The notes: generated from the sequence alone by a model not told the origin. Shown: positions 23,743-37,939, counted from the stretch's first letter. The stretch is DNA of 64,000 bases from Felis catus (GCF_018350175.1 NC_058368.1:101558001-101622000), one strand, 5' to 3'. Translations and numbers: made by a program.

Positions 23743-26700
23743 GTTTGCTGCCCTTTCAGATTTGAAATGTCTAGATTTCCTTCTGTACTACCTTCTGAGA
23801 GCTTGAACATATTTGGCGGTTTACCATGCCCAGATGATAGCTTTATATGTGTGTGTATATGTGTGTGTGTGTGTGAGCGTATACACACATGCAGATAGAT
23901 ACCGAAGGATTGAAATACCTATTTTTTCTTCAATAGACAAAAAACAGATTATATACACACCCATATTAAGGATTGAAGATACATAGATTTGCAACAAATA
24001 AACCTACTCTTTACTGTTTACTAGTTTCCCTGTTCACTAGTTTAAAAGTCATATGAAAATGTGTAATCATAAATTTCTAATTAGCGGTATAAGTTGGTAT
24101 AAACTTTGAGAATATTTGATATTCTATTAGAATGAAAGTATTTGGATATGCTGTTGGAATAAATTGTAATAGCGGTTGGTATTTCTAACTATAGTCTGAT
24201 TTAGTGGAAAGTAAGGAAAGTAAGGAAAACAGTGTGACCTGTAAGAAGTTGTTGTGTAATGAGCGGTTAAGAGCTCACTCAGTCTCTGGAATTGGGTAGA
24301 CCTGGATATGACTTGATCCTGGAGAAATTACTCTGTCTTTCAAAGCCTCAGTTCTCTCTTCTGTGAAACAGAAATAGTGATTGTTAATTCCTAGCATAAT
24401 AGTAAGCATTCAGTAAACCTCCTCTCTCAAGGCTGTTATGATTATTATAATAAACTCATAAATAACTATGTTGCCAAGCAGTGTAAGCTCGATCACATGA
24501 AACGTGCTAATATAGTACCATGAAGGATCACTGAATATGTGGCATCTATAGAAATTTTATGGAGAAGATGGCTTTTGAGATGAGCCTGAAGAATGAAGGG
24601 AATTTTTAAAGGCAGATGAGGCACAAGGCCATTTTGGGGGAGAGTGAACGGGGTAAGATATGAAGCAGGAGTTGAAAAATGTAGAGTTTGAGGAATAGTG
24701 AGCTTTGCAGTTTGCTTGGAGCCGAGAGTAGGTTTGAGGCAAAGCGTAGAAGATAAACGGGCAGTGAAGAGTGTGTGTTTCCTGGGCAGGGTAATTGAAA
24801 GCTGTTGAAATTTTTGTGAAACGAAGCTTTATTTAACCCATCTTTGACCTGAAACATTTTGCTAATTTGGGTCTTTAGAATTTTCAGTTATAACCCTTTC
24901 TGGGGAAGGATCATGTTAACACATGATCCTTAGCCTTTCTTCCTCTTCTGTCTTTTATCCCACTGGAGTTCCATTGAGTTAAACAAGAGATGAAAATCAA
25001 AGGAAAAAACACAACTTATTAAAAATCATAGCAAAATAAAGTGCTCCATTTAGGGGATATTTAAAACCATTATGCTTTAACGTACAGCCACTTTAAAAAG
25101 AGTAGTTTTAGAATTTTGCCTTAGAAAAATTGGGACAGGAACCGGTCTTCTATAGAAGTTACTTCATATATAAATTACTACTCGTTGATAACTTGAATAC
25201 TCTGGTAAGGTGCTGCCTATAGAAGGAAATGGCTCCAAAGCCCAAACTTAGGATTGGTGTTTTCTAAATCACAATTAATTTCTCATTGGGATGAAGAGCA
25301 GTAATTCATGTTCTCTGGAAATCACTACTTGAGCTATTAGGTATCACAGTAAGTGAAGTTCTTATTGTCGAGTACAGTTAGATTGTAAGTATTTTCAAGT
25401 TTAACTTCTATATGGTTTAGACTTGTCTTCCTAGCTAGATTGTAAGCTTACTGGGGGTAGGAACCATATTTTGTGTGTGTGGAGTCCTTGTTGCACTAAA
25501 TGTAGGGAGTCGAGTTTTGTTTTTTGTTTTGTGTTTTTTCAGGAAACCCGTTAGGGTAGCGTATATATTAAACTTGAAACCTGGCTATGCAGACTGTCCT
25601 CATAATGGAAAACTCAAAAACGTTTCCTAAATACCTGTGAAGCAGTAGACAAATATTTCAGTCCTATGAGAAACCCAAAGTTGACAGTCGCAAAAGAACG
25701 TGAAATTGAACGGCTGAAATGTTGTAATGTCCCCAGATACACAGTTTGTAACCTGAAGTTGATGGTTGAAGTTGCGGGTTTCCTGAAATTTTAGACACAG
25801 TGTCACGTGCACGTGACAGTGGATTCTGAGGCGAGGCTGTCGATAGAGCTTTTACTGTCTTCTGAATGCAGCCCATGACCCTCTCATGTCACCTGTCGTT
25901 CTGGGCAGCATGGAGGTATTTGTCTCTATTTCAGCAGCATTTTCCTTCTTTCTTCTTCAGATTCATTCTTATCTAATTTATCTCAATTTAAGCTACACAC
26001 CTGCCAGATTTGGGTCATGAACATGGAGGGTTTAATGAAAAGGCCGAGAACTCTTGTAATTGTTTTGATAGACATACTTCATGCCATCTCACACTTCGTA
26101 CATAACTTGGCCTTGTACAGTTTGTTTGGGAAGCTTAGTGGTGGAACATTTATTCATTGTGCTCCTTGCACTTAACATCTCTTCCTGCCCAGGGTTGCTC
26201 TGGCTACTGATAGGCTCAGGCTCCCGACAGCCTAGTATACTCGGTGGATTGTGGCACGTTGTTCTTTTTTGTGGCAAGTTTTTCTTGACTTAGGTTGAAA
26301 AAGAGAGGAAGAAAGGAGGACTGAAGACTTGAGAACATGTGTAATTGTATTAAGGAGCTAGGTAGTACTATGGGCAGAGCAGAGCAGTTGGCTCTTGAGT
26401 TTGAATCCCTGCTGCATTTTGCAATTTCTGTGATCTTAGGCAAGTATTTAAAGTCTCAATCTCTTCATCATTAAAATGAGGATCATACTCTGTATCTCAA
26501 GATGAGATAACACCTACAAAGAAGCTAATGCAGAACCAAGTTGTAAAAGAATTTTAAATATTTTATCCCTTGCCCTTCTTTTTATTAGTGTCATCCACAT
26601 TTTCCTGAAACGTACACACTGACCCCTCTTAAGCAACTCCTGATTCTGCTGGTAGATTATTAGTTTGTGGTTATTGCCATGCACATTTGCCGAGTCATGT

Positions 26701-27422
26701 AAAAGCATCAAGAATTATCAGCCTGTCCTGGGAATGGGTTCCTTAATTTGAACCAGATAAAAAGAGGTGAAGGAAGCAAAGGGATTCATTGAATAAGTAG
26801 GAGTGTCAGTGAACAACAACAACAAATTGCTCGTCATATACATTTAGTGTTCTCTATAACACTGTTCCCTTTTCAGAGAGCTTTTCTGTTTTCTCATATT
26901 AACCTCACAATCAGAAACATGGTACTAAGCAAGAGAGAAAGATTTTTTAGGACCTAAGTACAGCTATTTAAGGACTATCATTTTTAACATTGCTAGAAGT
27001 AGTCCCTCATCAGAAAACCAAGGGGGACCTCTACTGTAAGAAAATAATACTGGATGGCATCGTAGTACTTCTGTGATTCATTTGGAATGCTTTCTGGGGC
27101 ACATCATTTTTTACCTCCCTGGTTCTTTGTTAACTTCACTTATAAAATTTAAGGGTGGAGCCCATGGTATCTCAAGTCCTTTCACTTCTAAATTCTATGG
27201 TTCTGTTTTACTTCTTGTGGTTGATCAATACCTAATAGTAGCCATTTAACTAAGAACCTCTCCACATCCAGTACGCAAAGGTAACTGCAGCTGTGATTCA
27301 GAATAGTGAGGGTATTTTAAATTTCCTTTTATACATTTGTTTTCTCTATTATAAGGATGAGATGTTTAACATATTGGGTTTTTCTTCTTCCACGCATGCC
27401 ACATGCATTAAATAAATGGCAG

Positions 27423-27518
27423 TCGGCAGACCACAGGGCAGCTTGGGACTCCCAGCAGGCAAATCCCCACCATTTGAGAGCTCACCTTGCAGCAGACAGA
27501 CATGGTGGCTCGGTACAG
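27423..27518 (+). CDS. CSNK1G3: CSNK1G3 cassette exon (96 nt): SADHRAAWDSQQANPHHLRAHLAADRHGGSVQ
   Basis: Acceptor tggcag|TCG, donor CAG|gtattt; symmetric phase 0; matches the recalled CK1g3 tail. Confidence 0.92.
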
Positions 27519-30500
27519 GTATTTTCTGATTTTTGCATGAGTGATTATTTCCCAAATTTATACAACTAACCCTTTTTTGAAACTCATGGCATGACTTCAT
27601 ATCCTAATGAAAAACTTGTTGCTGAACTCTCCATAATCCTATTCCTTTGTATTTAACCAAAAAAGTGAAATTAACATGGCCTAGAAAGACCACCAGCGAG
27701 AGATACTACGATTTTACCTTTGTTCATTTTTGCAAGTATAATCAACAATAGTTAGGTAAGTCATACTCACAACAGGTTAGAAAGACAAACTGTACTGTGT
27801 GAAACATGTGTTAAGCTTGATTTTCCAATAATAAGCTCAGTCTTTTTTAATGTAATAGAACACTTTCATATCTTTTTTCCCTTTTGTTGATTTTGCCTTC
27901 TTCAAACTTAAGTCAGCTAAATAGATACGAAACTCTTCCATCCTTCATACTCAGAATGTACTTTCTGATTAACTGGTCAAATAAACATGACCTTAATTTT
28001 TATAAAGGTTTATTTTGTTTGTATTTGTAGAAAATAGCAGATGGAGAAAATAATTTCAAGGGCAAGTACTTATTGAATGCTCCCTTCAACTTTCTTTATA
28101 AAAATTTAAAACAGTCCTTCATTTATTTATTTATTTTTGATGTGTTCGTTCCCGGACCCGTTTACTGTGCACTTAGAGATAGTTATATCTTGCCCTCTCA
28201 TGCCCCCTAAATTTCCATCTTTTATGTGTATTGTAGAAAGAGAAAGGTTGCCAAGTCTTTTATTTCTTTTAAAATGCCAGCTTAAGGTAATTTAAATGCT
28301 GGTTTAAAGTAATTGAGATAATAAATGTTATCTCAGTCCATTTCAATTTAGAACTTTCTTTAAAAGTTTTGACTTTTTTCCTCCACGTATTTCCACTTTG
28401 AATAATTTTCCATTATGCTTTACCAAATTTGCATTTTTCTTAGTGTGTATCTATATATATTTAGTTTATTGGAGCTCTGCTCTGGATTTTAGTCTTTCTT
28501 GCTTTGAATTCTAAAAATCCATTCTTGATTAAATCTCCTAAGTTCTCATGTTTTTCTCACATTAAATCTTAGAGGCAATTTAAATTACGTAACCCAATAT
28601 TTTTATAGAACTTTGGAGTATGTGGAACTTTCAGTCCTGCGTAACAGAGATATTTGAAGAGTTTATAAAAATTTAGACTGAGGGACTCAGAGACAAGGGT
28701 GCCTGAATTGTAAAACTTTATTATGACTCCAATTCATATCCTTGGAAAAGTTAATGGAGCAAATTACATTTAGTTTCATAACACAAACTGGATTGTGTAC
28801 GTGTCTGTATATGTTTACACGTTTCTAAAATGTTCTTTGTTACAATAGCAGGTGTCTTGCTCAGTGTTCAGGGATGTCACAACAGTTAAGACACTATTAG
28901 AAAGCTTTCCTACCACTTCTGTGCCATTACCACTCTTGTATTTTCTTAGTTTCATTTTACTCTGTGGGATTCCCAGAGGTAGCTCATGGGATCTCTGGAC
29001 AATCAAAGGGTGAATGAGTTTGATTGTGGGCTCATGACTCTGGTATTTTATGTTCTCTTTTTTCATATGTTCCCAAAGAGTCGTTTCAACTCTGGTTCCT
29101 TCTCATCCCCTCTTCTTAAAGCTTCTCTTCCTACAGAGACTACATCTGGCTTTATCCTAATATGTAATAAGTGATCAGTTTTACTTCCTAGAATTCTGTA
29201 TTCATAAGTAAAACAAAAAATTTTCACTATTTTCATTGACTTCCTGAATGTATTTTACAACGCTGTGTAAGCTGACATGATGGGACACTAAGCCAATTTG
29301 ACTCCTGTGAAAAATTTACTGGCAGAGTAAGTAGGCTCATGCCTGAATCTTGTTCTATCCTAAAATATTGACTTCATTTATGCTCTGTGTCCTCCCCACT
29401 TAAAAAGTTGAAAAAGTTACAACAGGACACTTGTGTAATTGGACTAATAAAATTGTAATTTAAAACTAGTAACCAGAGGAAAGAAAGGTGCCTAAAATCC
29501 GAGGTAATGTGATAATTATAATAAATGAATACTACGTTTGTTTCTGAACAAAGGAATCTTGTCTGATAAAGGGAAGAGATAAAGAGAAAAACCTTTTTGT
29601 TAATACGCAAGTGTGAGGATAATTTGCCTTGAGATGCTTTGTGTGATGATCATTACATGACCCATTGGACAAAAGTTTCCAGTGTTGACTTCTTATGGCA
29701 AGTAAAAAATTGCCTTCAACAAATATTAAGGACATGTTATCCAGTAGTTTCTTAGGAAAGACGTTACCATAATAAGTAAAGAGCTCTCTGGTGTTAAGTA
29801 AATACAGTACACATTTAGGATATTTGGAAACAGAATCAAGAGTTACCCCAAGTGAGCGATTTGGGGCCCATGGCATCCATTCTGCACCTATCACTGCACC
29901 CTTTTCCTGGAACTCCGAACTGCTCTCAGCAAGGCACCTCAAAGCGTTCCAGGCTGCTTCCGGTTGACATGCAAGATGAAACCTCTTGCCATTTTGACCT
30001 ACAGAAGGATCCTCACTTACTCATTATTTCGCATGCGCTTTTAATAGGAGCTGAATAGTGGAGTCCAAATATGAACGCCTTGTTTTTCCAGAATTACTAT
30101 ATGCATTACAGATCAAACAGATAGGTTGCCAAGGTGATTTCACTGTGTTTAAGAGCGCAAGCCCTGGAGTCAAATTCGAGTTCACATTCTGTGCCTTATA
30201 TTATTCATCAGTAAAACGGAAACATTAATAATGCCTCTATCTCATTGTTTTGTCATGAGAACTTAAAAAGTATTTAGCATAGAAGGTGGGGCTTATGAAA
30301 TACTATATACTAGAATAATCTGTTGCTTTTTCAGATTAAGAAATTTGAGTAGTGTCTGGGAAGTGAAGTCTAGTGGTACAGCCCAAAGAATGCATTGTCA
30401 AAGTGGGATTTATCTAATTTTATTCAATATCTTTAGTGTAATCATATTAATTCACTGACCAGAAGGCTCCAGCTATACATTGGATAAACTTTTCCCACTT

Positions 30501-31475
30501 GAGAGATTAAAAATAATATTTAAGTATCTGAGGACTTTATTTTGCATCTGTTTGTGGCTTATATGTGTTTTGGGAAAGTTCCCAGGGCAGTCAGCTTGTG
30601 CCCCTTTCTGCTTCCTTTAGAATCCTTGGTAATAAATATGGCTGAGAAGCTTAGACCCATTACTTCCAGTTTCTTGGCCATTACATTATTTTGCAAATTG
30701 ATGTAAATGTCTACTAGGAGGTGCTAGGCACCCTGCTGGAGTCTTTGAATAAAAAGGAGGAGTAACAGATACAAGGTGCCTGTTCCCATGGACCTTTCAG
30801 TCGATGGGGAGGGTTAATTAAACAGGCGGTGTGATAAGTGGAGAAAGTACAGGGTGCTCTAAGAATGTATAGGGAAGGACCTAACTTGGATTTTGTAGGT
30901 TTAGATTTCCTGGAAAAAGCAGTCTCTTTTTTACCTGAATCTGTGTTTTCACCTGTTTTTAACGTGCAGAATCAGTAGGGGTTACCGGTTGAAGAAGGGA
31001 GAAGGGTCAAGGGAAGACGGTCCCAGGCAAGAAAACAACACATGTAAGGTTGTGCAGGGGAGAGAGGCTTTACACTAAGCGAATGACTACCGTCCATTCA
31101 AGCTGGTGTGTGTGTTGAGAAATGAGACTGAGAGGTCAGCAGGAGAAAAATCATGAAGGACCTAACAGGTCCTGTTATTAAATTTGTACTTTATTTGAGA
31201 ATGTTGGGTGGCCGTGCAGAGATAAGCAGGATAACCCGATTAGTGTTTTTCCTAAAGGAGACTTTTGCTGGAGACTAAACTGGAGGGAGGAGAAGTCTAA
31301 GGCAGGTCTGGCCGAGGGAAGTGATGGGCAGTGGAGATGAAAAGACGGGAGAGGTCTGGAGAGATACTTAGCAGGTAGAATCTAGTTTGGTGTTGGGGGC
31401 TGAGGGAGGAGGTAATGTCATTTAGCCCTTTTTGATCCCTTTCTGCCTGGCGAACCAGGATCTCCAAAATGAGCT

Positions 31476-31690
31476 TTTATTTATTTTTTATTTATTTTTA
31501 AAAATTTTATTTATAGAGAGAATGCGCAAGCAGGGGAGGGGCAGAGAGAGGGAGAGAGAGAGAGAAAAATCCTAATCTTCACTGTCAACACAGAGCCCGA
31601 TGCAGAACTCGATCTCACGAACTGTGAGATCATGACCTGAGCAGAAATCAAGAGTCGGATGCCTACCCCACTGAGCCACCCAGGCGCCTC
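31476..31690 (-). mobile_element. CanSINE
   Basis: Consensus sequence; flanking ctccaaaatgag duplicated. Confidence 0.88.
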
Positions 31691-33345
31691 CAAAATGAGG
31701 TTTTAAAATGTACCACTGGCAGCAGGCAGTGCTCATATCGCATCCCCTGGGAGCCATGCCAGTGGCTGTAGCATGACTCCCTGGACACCAGGCCACCTGA
31801 GAGCCTGGTCTGGAGAGTGGACAGGTGGTTTCTGCCAGAGGGAGGAAGACAAACGGTAAGGGGGCTCCTGGCAAAGTACGTGAGATGGCGCAGCTCCTGA
31901 TGGTTTGGAAATCTCCTCTAGTTGTACAGCCTTGGGTTGCAGTTAAGGAACTCCGTGGCTCCGTCCCCCTCCACCCCCCCACCAGGGGGGAAGGCCAGAA
32001 CCGCAAACAGTGCTGCTGTGTTGTGCAGCCAGGTCCCGGGGATGGCCACGAAAGCGTGACAATTGTCGTAGCGGGCGCTGTGATGTTGTAGTCAGCGTGA
32101 CGCGAAAAATACAAATGCAGGTGATGATAGCAGGAAAGAGACAAGTGTCTTTTGACAAGGTAACATGTATGGTTACAAGTGTCAGGAGTCAGTACCACAT
32201 CGCAGTCAGTCCTCCGTTGTGCCCGTCGTGAATACTGGTCTGTCTAAAACACTGCAAATAACCAGTGTCAGCTTTCTTCATCAAATCTTTGAAAATACGG
32301 AGGTACTGTCAAGGGGGAGGAATGAGTGACCAGTACAGTCCTATCTTTCTGCCCTGTTTTCCAGGGCACTGAAATCTGCTAGGGGGAGGTTGTGCGGGGA
32401 GAGTCGTGTGCCTTCAGGAGATAAGCCATTTCCAGCTCAGCTCCTTCCGTTTATCTCAGGAGACTCTTTGTCCCGGTGCCACTGGGGTAAATCCGCATTA
32501 CAGGTTTGCTTTCAGATTCCGCTACCGTAACATTTCCCGTAACATCTCTAGATCCTCGAGTACTCAAAGAGTAGAGGGCTCTGCTTAGGACTTGCATCAG
32601 CGGAAGTGAGATTGAAATCCATTTTGGTGCATCTTTACCGAAAGTCCATGAGGATGTCCCTGTGCCTTCAGGATGTCAGTTGGAAATATCAAGAACATCA
32701 GTTAGAACTGTCGCTCTAGGTTTTAGAATATGTAAGAATGTTGGTTCATGTGGTAGGTGTGAACCCTGACCAGGTCCAGTCATCTCTTTGGAAATTGTTC
32801 TAAACTATGTCTTCATTTCTTAGTGTGCTTTCTTAACAGATGACTTTTAGAAAAAGCTTAGGGCGTAAGTGAGATATATAACATTTCAGTATTTCTAGTA
32901 TATTTACTGGCTGGATGGAGATCTGGTTAATGAAGACAGAGAGCCTGTACTATGCACCTGGCAGCATGCTTACCATAACTCAGATAGAAATTAGGAAGGT
33001 GGTAGTATAACTCGTTTGTATGAGGTCACTGGATTTGGAAAGTAAATTAATTGGCCTTCTAAAGTCATTGATGACAAAGGTAGCGTGTGTTGTCTTTGTA
33101 CTCAAAAGTCTATGAGAAGGACTTCTTTTGGAATCAGGTATAGTGGGCAGCCCTTAAGTGAACCATCACTTATCTCCCACACTTAGCTGCAGGCTGTTTC
33201 CACATTCTCTCCCCTTAAACTCCGCTTCATCTGGTTGCCTTCTTATTTCTTTTATTTTTCCGTAACCTCTTAAAATAAAAATTAGACTGAGTTTCTTATC
33301 ACCGTGAGACTATCAGAGAACATTCCTTTAAGAACAGCAAGAACA

Positions 33346-33582
33346 GGGGCGCCTGGGTGGCGCAGTCGGTTAAGCGTCCGACTTCAGCCAGGTCACGATC
33401 TCGCGGTCCGTGAGTTTGAGCCCCGTGTCGGGCTCTGGACTGACGGCTCAGAGCCTGGAGCCTGTTTCCGATTCTGTGTCTCCCTCTCTCTCTGACCCTC
33501 CCCCGTTCATGCTCTGTCTCTCTCTGTCCCAAAAATAAATAAACGTTGAAAAAAAATTTAAAAAAAAAAAAGAAAAAAAAAA
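33346..33582 (+). mobile_element. Young feline CanSINE with perfect 16-bp TSD
   Basis: TSD aagaacagcaagaaca at 33330 and 33583; long A tail. Confidence 0.95.
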
Positions 33583-33933
33583 AAGAACAGCAAGAACAAA
33601 ACACCCTGTAAAACACCTGAGTTATTTTTTCAAATGTCAGACTTGAAAGCAGCTGTCATCTTAGATACGCTTTTGTTACAAAAAATCAGCCATTGGACGC
33701 TAATATTTCGTGGACTTGCATGTTCTAGTTCAAGTTATAATTGTAGAAATGTCGCATAAATGAAATCATTCTTTAGAATTTGGTTGATGAAAATCATTTG
33801 TGTATATGTGATCGATTTAGGTCTCCAGGAATATAATGACATAGCATTTATAATACTATGTCTTTGGGGGTTTTTTTTGTGGTGTTTTGTTTTTTTGTAA
33901 AATCCCCCTTTGCAAAAAGACCTTACTTTTCTT

Positions 33934-34145
33934 TTCTTTTTTTTTTTTTTATTTATTGTTGGGACAGAGAGAGACAGAGCATGAACGGGGGAGGGGCAGA
34001 GAGAGAGGGAGATACAGAATCGGAAACAGGCTCCAGGCTCTGAGCCATCAGCCCAGAGCCTGACACGGGGCTCGAACTCACGGACCGCGAGATCTTGACC
34101 TGGCTGAAGTCGGACGCTTAACCGACTGCGCCACCCAGGCGCCCC
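33934..34145 (-). mobile_element. Young feline CanSINE with perfect 17-bp TSD
   Basis: TSD aagaccttacttttctt at 33917 and 34146. Confidence 0.95.
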
Positions 34146-36099
34146 AAGACCTTACTTTTCTTAAGTGAAAGCAATTTTACTGCCCTGACATAGTCTTATG
34201 TCACCGGTATTAAGTAGGCTGCTTTTATAGGAGAACTCTGTTACCATGTTGCTTCTCTTCTTAGCCTGGGATGTTAGCCTCTTCTTAGAGAGTTAGGGAA
34301 TCTGGGAAAGCAAAGAAAAATTACATTAAAGAAGGACATAATGGAGGATGTTATTTCCTTCTGGTCTGGTTCTGGTTGACCACGTGGAATGAGATTGGAA
34401 ACATTTCAGTGGAATAAAGCTTATTAGAGTCAGGTATGACTTTGTGGAACTGAAGTAAGTCGGATTATATAGTCAGCATGCTCTTACAGGTGCTCTTGCT
34501 GGAAATTTAGAATACATGAGGTGTAAATTTTCAATTATGCCACTTAAAGTAAGGGAAGACATGTTCGAGGAGCTGCCTATAGGCTGAGACCGGATCCGTC
34601 CAAGTGTCTAGGGCTGTGGAGCACAGAGAAGGAAGAGAAACCTGTGACTATTACGTGGAGAGAAGAGCTGTGGAAATTGTTCAGTGAACTGTTTATCTTC
34701 TGTATGCAAAGCATCCTGAAAATTACAGATAGTGGCGAGTACAAGAGTACAAGATAAGAATCCTGCTCTCCTTTGTAATTCAGTGTAGGAACTCTGACGT
34801 TGTAAAAATTAAGAATAAAGAGCTTAATTACGTTTGATAATTAGAGCAAATAGCGACTGTTACGTGTTTTCAGAAAGAGGGAGAAATAAAGAGAAAAAAT
34901 TGCCTTGGAACTCAGTAGAATGCCAGGAAGGAGGAAGCTGGTGTCTCAACAGGGGGGCAGACTTAGAAACAAATGGGAGTGTTCCTCTCCTGGGGTTGGT
35001 TGTCTCTGAAGATGACCTGGGTGGTTTTTGTGTGTTTTTCAGCCGTGGCCACAAATGTAGTGTTCATTTGTAGGTAGTAGATCCGCATAGGATATAGGAA
35101 CCTCAGCCTCCATGATTCCTGCATTAATCTAGATTTGTAGGTTGACGCATAGTTGCTTTTCCTGGCATGTCGTGACCTCTTATTAAGTACATGTGAACTA
35201 GTGAAGTTTCAGTAAAATGGGGGCTCTGTAAATGGACCCAGTAGCCAGCTGTCAATGTGGTGTCCAGGCCCATGATACGTTAACATTATTTTTCTTATGA
35301 CGAGGTCAGGTGGGGGAAGCAGCAGCCTGATTCTTCGCTTTTGAGCCTGGAGTCCAGTCTGGGAAGATGGTAGGGGTTACTGGAAATTGGAACCATAGAT
35401 ACAGGAAGAGAAGCACATTTAAGAGGGAGTGTGAGAGGTTCGATTTTGGAAGTACTGAGTTTGAGGTACCGAACTTGGTCTGAGTGAGTGTGTGGGTCAG
35501 TGGTTGGCTCAGCAGGTGCTTTACGTAGGGGTTGTGGCTGAAGCCACGAATGCAGGCAACACTGGCAGAGTAGTTGTGGCCGCCATTCATGGAGCTCGTA
35601 TTACATGCCTGTCACTGCGGTTTACATAGCGATTCCGTTTCATCCCCGTATCAGTCTTGTTAAATAGATATTCCTGTTTCCCATTTCATAGTTGAGCACA
35701 CTGAAGTTCAGCACGATGACATATCTTTCCTGGGTTGCACAGCTGTTAGAGCTAACTTTTGTTTCTAGACCCATCTTACTCTAAAGTACCAACTGGTGCT
35801 AAGTGATACAGAAATGTACAGGAAAATGCGGACCGAGCAAAGAGCAACTGAATCTATTTTCTAGGAATCGGTAACCTTTGAAGAGCAATCTTAATAGAAA
35901 TCTGATGTAGGGACAGAGTACAGATTGTAGGAAGTTAAGGAATGAGTGAATGGCAGATGAAAGTGTTAAGACTGTTGTTTTGAAGAAGTTTAGGGGAAAG
36001 CAAGAAATAGGATAGTAAGATGACTTTGTACGACCAAGAGGATTGGGGAGAATGTGGGTGTTTTGCCATGATTTTTATTTTGTTTCAGGATTTCACTCA

Positions 36100-36930
36100 T
36101 CCTTGCATGCATTCATTCATTCATTCATTTATTTCAACAAATATGTATTGACTTCTTGTTCTGTGCCAGGTATAGCAGGTAGATATAGAAGGGAGCAGTA
36201 CAAAATTCTTGCTGTCATGGAGCAGGAGGAGGTGGGAGTGGGTGTCAGTCCACATAATCAGAGGATCACCTCTGAGTAAATGCTATACAAAGAGTTAGCA
36301 GTAGAGTATAACGTGACATAGTGTGTCTGAATGGAAGTCTTAGATTGTGTGACAGAAAGGGCCTGCTTTAGAAATGTTCTCTGAGAATCTGAAAGATAGG
36401 AAAATGGCCATTCAGCAGGAAGAGAGTTCAGGCATTGAGATGATACCAAAGCCTTAAGGCAGGAATAAGTTTGACATACTGGATGGAGGCTAGTGAACAA
36501 AGGAAAAGGTAATAGGAGGTCGAGGGGTAGGCAGGGTTCAGACGTGGCACTTTGTAAATTGGGGTAAAGAATATGGATCTTTATTTTAAGTGAAACGGAA
36601 GGTTGACCCTTGAAAAGATTCAAGCAGATAATTATACGTGATCTGATTTCCATCTTAAAATGAGCGCTCCGGTTGTCATGTGGCCTGTCCGTTAATGGAG
36701 GGTAGGGACAGGTGAAAGCAGGACTAGTTAATAGGTTGTTGCTCTCATATCCACAAGAGATCATTGAGGTGGCCTGAACCACAGCCCTGGTGGTAATAGA
36801 GGTGGCCAGAACTGATTGGTCTGGGGCTGTGTTTTGGGGGAGGATTTAACAGGCCTCGCTGATGGATGAAATGTAGGGTTTCAGTCTGAGAGTGGAATCA
36901 CAGTGACTCCTGGATCAGGGCCCTGACCAG
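36100..36930 (-). mobile_element. L2 LINE 3' fragment
   Basis: (CATT)n terminus followed by 'caacaaatatgtattgac...tgtgccagg' and a purine-rich L2-like body. Confidence 0.65.
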
Positions 36931-37372
36931 CCAGGTGAAGGAGTCGGCAGGAGGCGAGGGAGACCCAAGCAGGGGGGTGCAGACAGAAGCACAAGGTTTG
37001 TCGGAGGGAGCTGTATGGATGTTCACAAAGGGACCAGTTAATGCCGTAGCCAGGTGCCTAGGGAGATGGGCACACCTGGGGGAACTGATGGGACTGGAGC
37101 ACAGGAATTAGCCTTAAAAATAGAGGCAAAGAGACAAGACAGAAATTTCAAGATGAAAAGGGAGTTAGTTGGAAAGCCAATATTGGATAGCCTTGATTTT
37201 TCATACAATATTAGACCTGTTACTTTATTCAGTTATGAACAACTCAACTACATACTAATTGTTTTGTGTTCTTCGTATTAACTTTCTAATTTGCATACTT
37301 TAATCTTAATTTTTATCATTGTATAATCTGTTACTTTGTGTATATGTAATTTTTTTTTTTTCTTTTCGGCAG

Positions 37373-37479
37373 GTTGTAAGTTCGACAAATGGAGAGTTAA
37401 ACACAGATGACCCCACCGCAGGACGTTCAAATGCACCCATCACAGCCCCTACGGAAGTAGAAGTGATGGATGAAACCAA
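37373..37479 (+). CDS. CSNK1G3: CSNK1G3 coding exon (107 nt): [35 protein letters not shown](K/N)
   Basis: Acceptor tttcggcag|GTT, donor AA|gtacgg; phase 0 to 2; CK1 gamma C-terminal conserved motif [12 protein letters not shown]. Confidence 0.95.
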
Positions 37480-37939
37480 GTACGGATTTGTTTTCCTTCT
37501 TTGTTCTTAAACTATGCATGTTTGAGAATTATAGTCATTTACAAGTATTCCTGGAGACTTTTTTTAAGGGAATAGGTGCATGCAAAACAAGTGACATTTA
37601 TAGTTATTTTAACCACTAAGTTGAAACTAGTGCTATTTCAGTAAATAAGTTTTACAATACAAAAATAATTATTTAGGAACTGTGCTCAATTTCTTACTTA
37701 GAATTAACAGCCTGTTTTTAGCATTTTATTTTTAGGAGCGTTGATGCATGAAAATTATTTCCATAGGATAGATGCTCGTTTTTTTCTGTAAGCATAAGAA
37801 TATTAATTTTATAGTATGCTGCATGTGTTTATATTAGTTTCACAATAGTTCTTCTACGAATGTAAATGATAAAGCTGCTTGGAAAAAAATTAAGCATGAA
37901 AAACAATGTGATGTTTTCAATGTGGGCTACTTCTGATGA

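Noticed and set aside
24906..24931. Short hairpins (aaggatcatgt/acatgatcctt; also ~16023-16057)
   Set aside because: Stems of 9-11 bp are expected by chance in 64 kb; no pre-miRNA or snoRNA features.
31572..32231. 208-aa minus-strand ORF and a locally CpG-richer patch
   Set aside because: Ends in a SINE, no recognisable domain, no supported splice structure; too short and weak to call a CpG island.
33346..33430. tRNA-like A/B boxes
   Set aside because: SINE head derived from tRNA, not a tRNA gene.
36258..36782. 174-aa minus-strand ORF
   Set aside because: Lies within a decayed L2 fragment.
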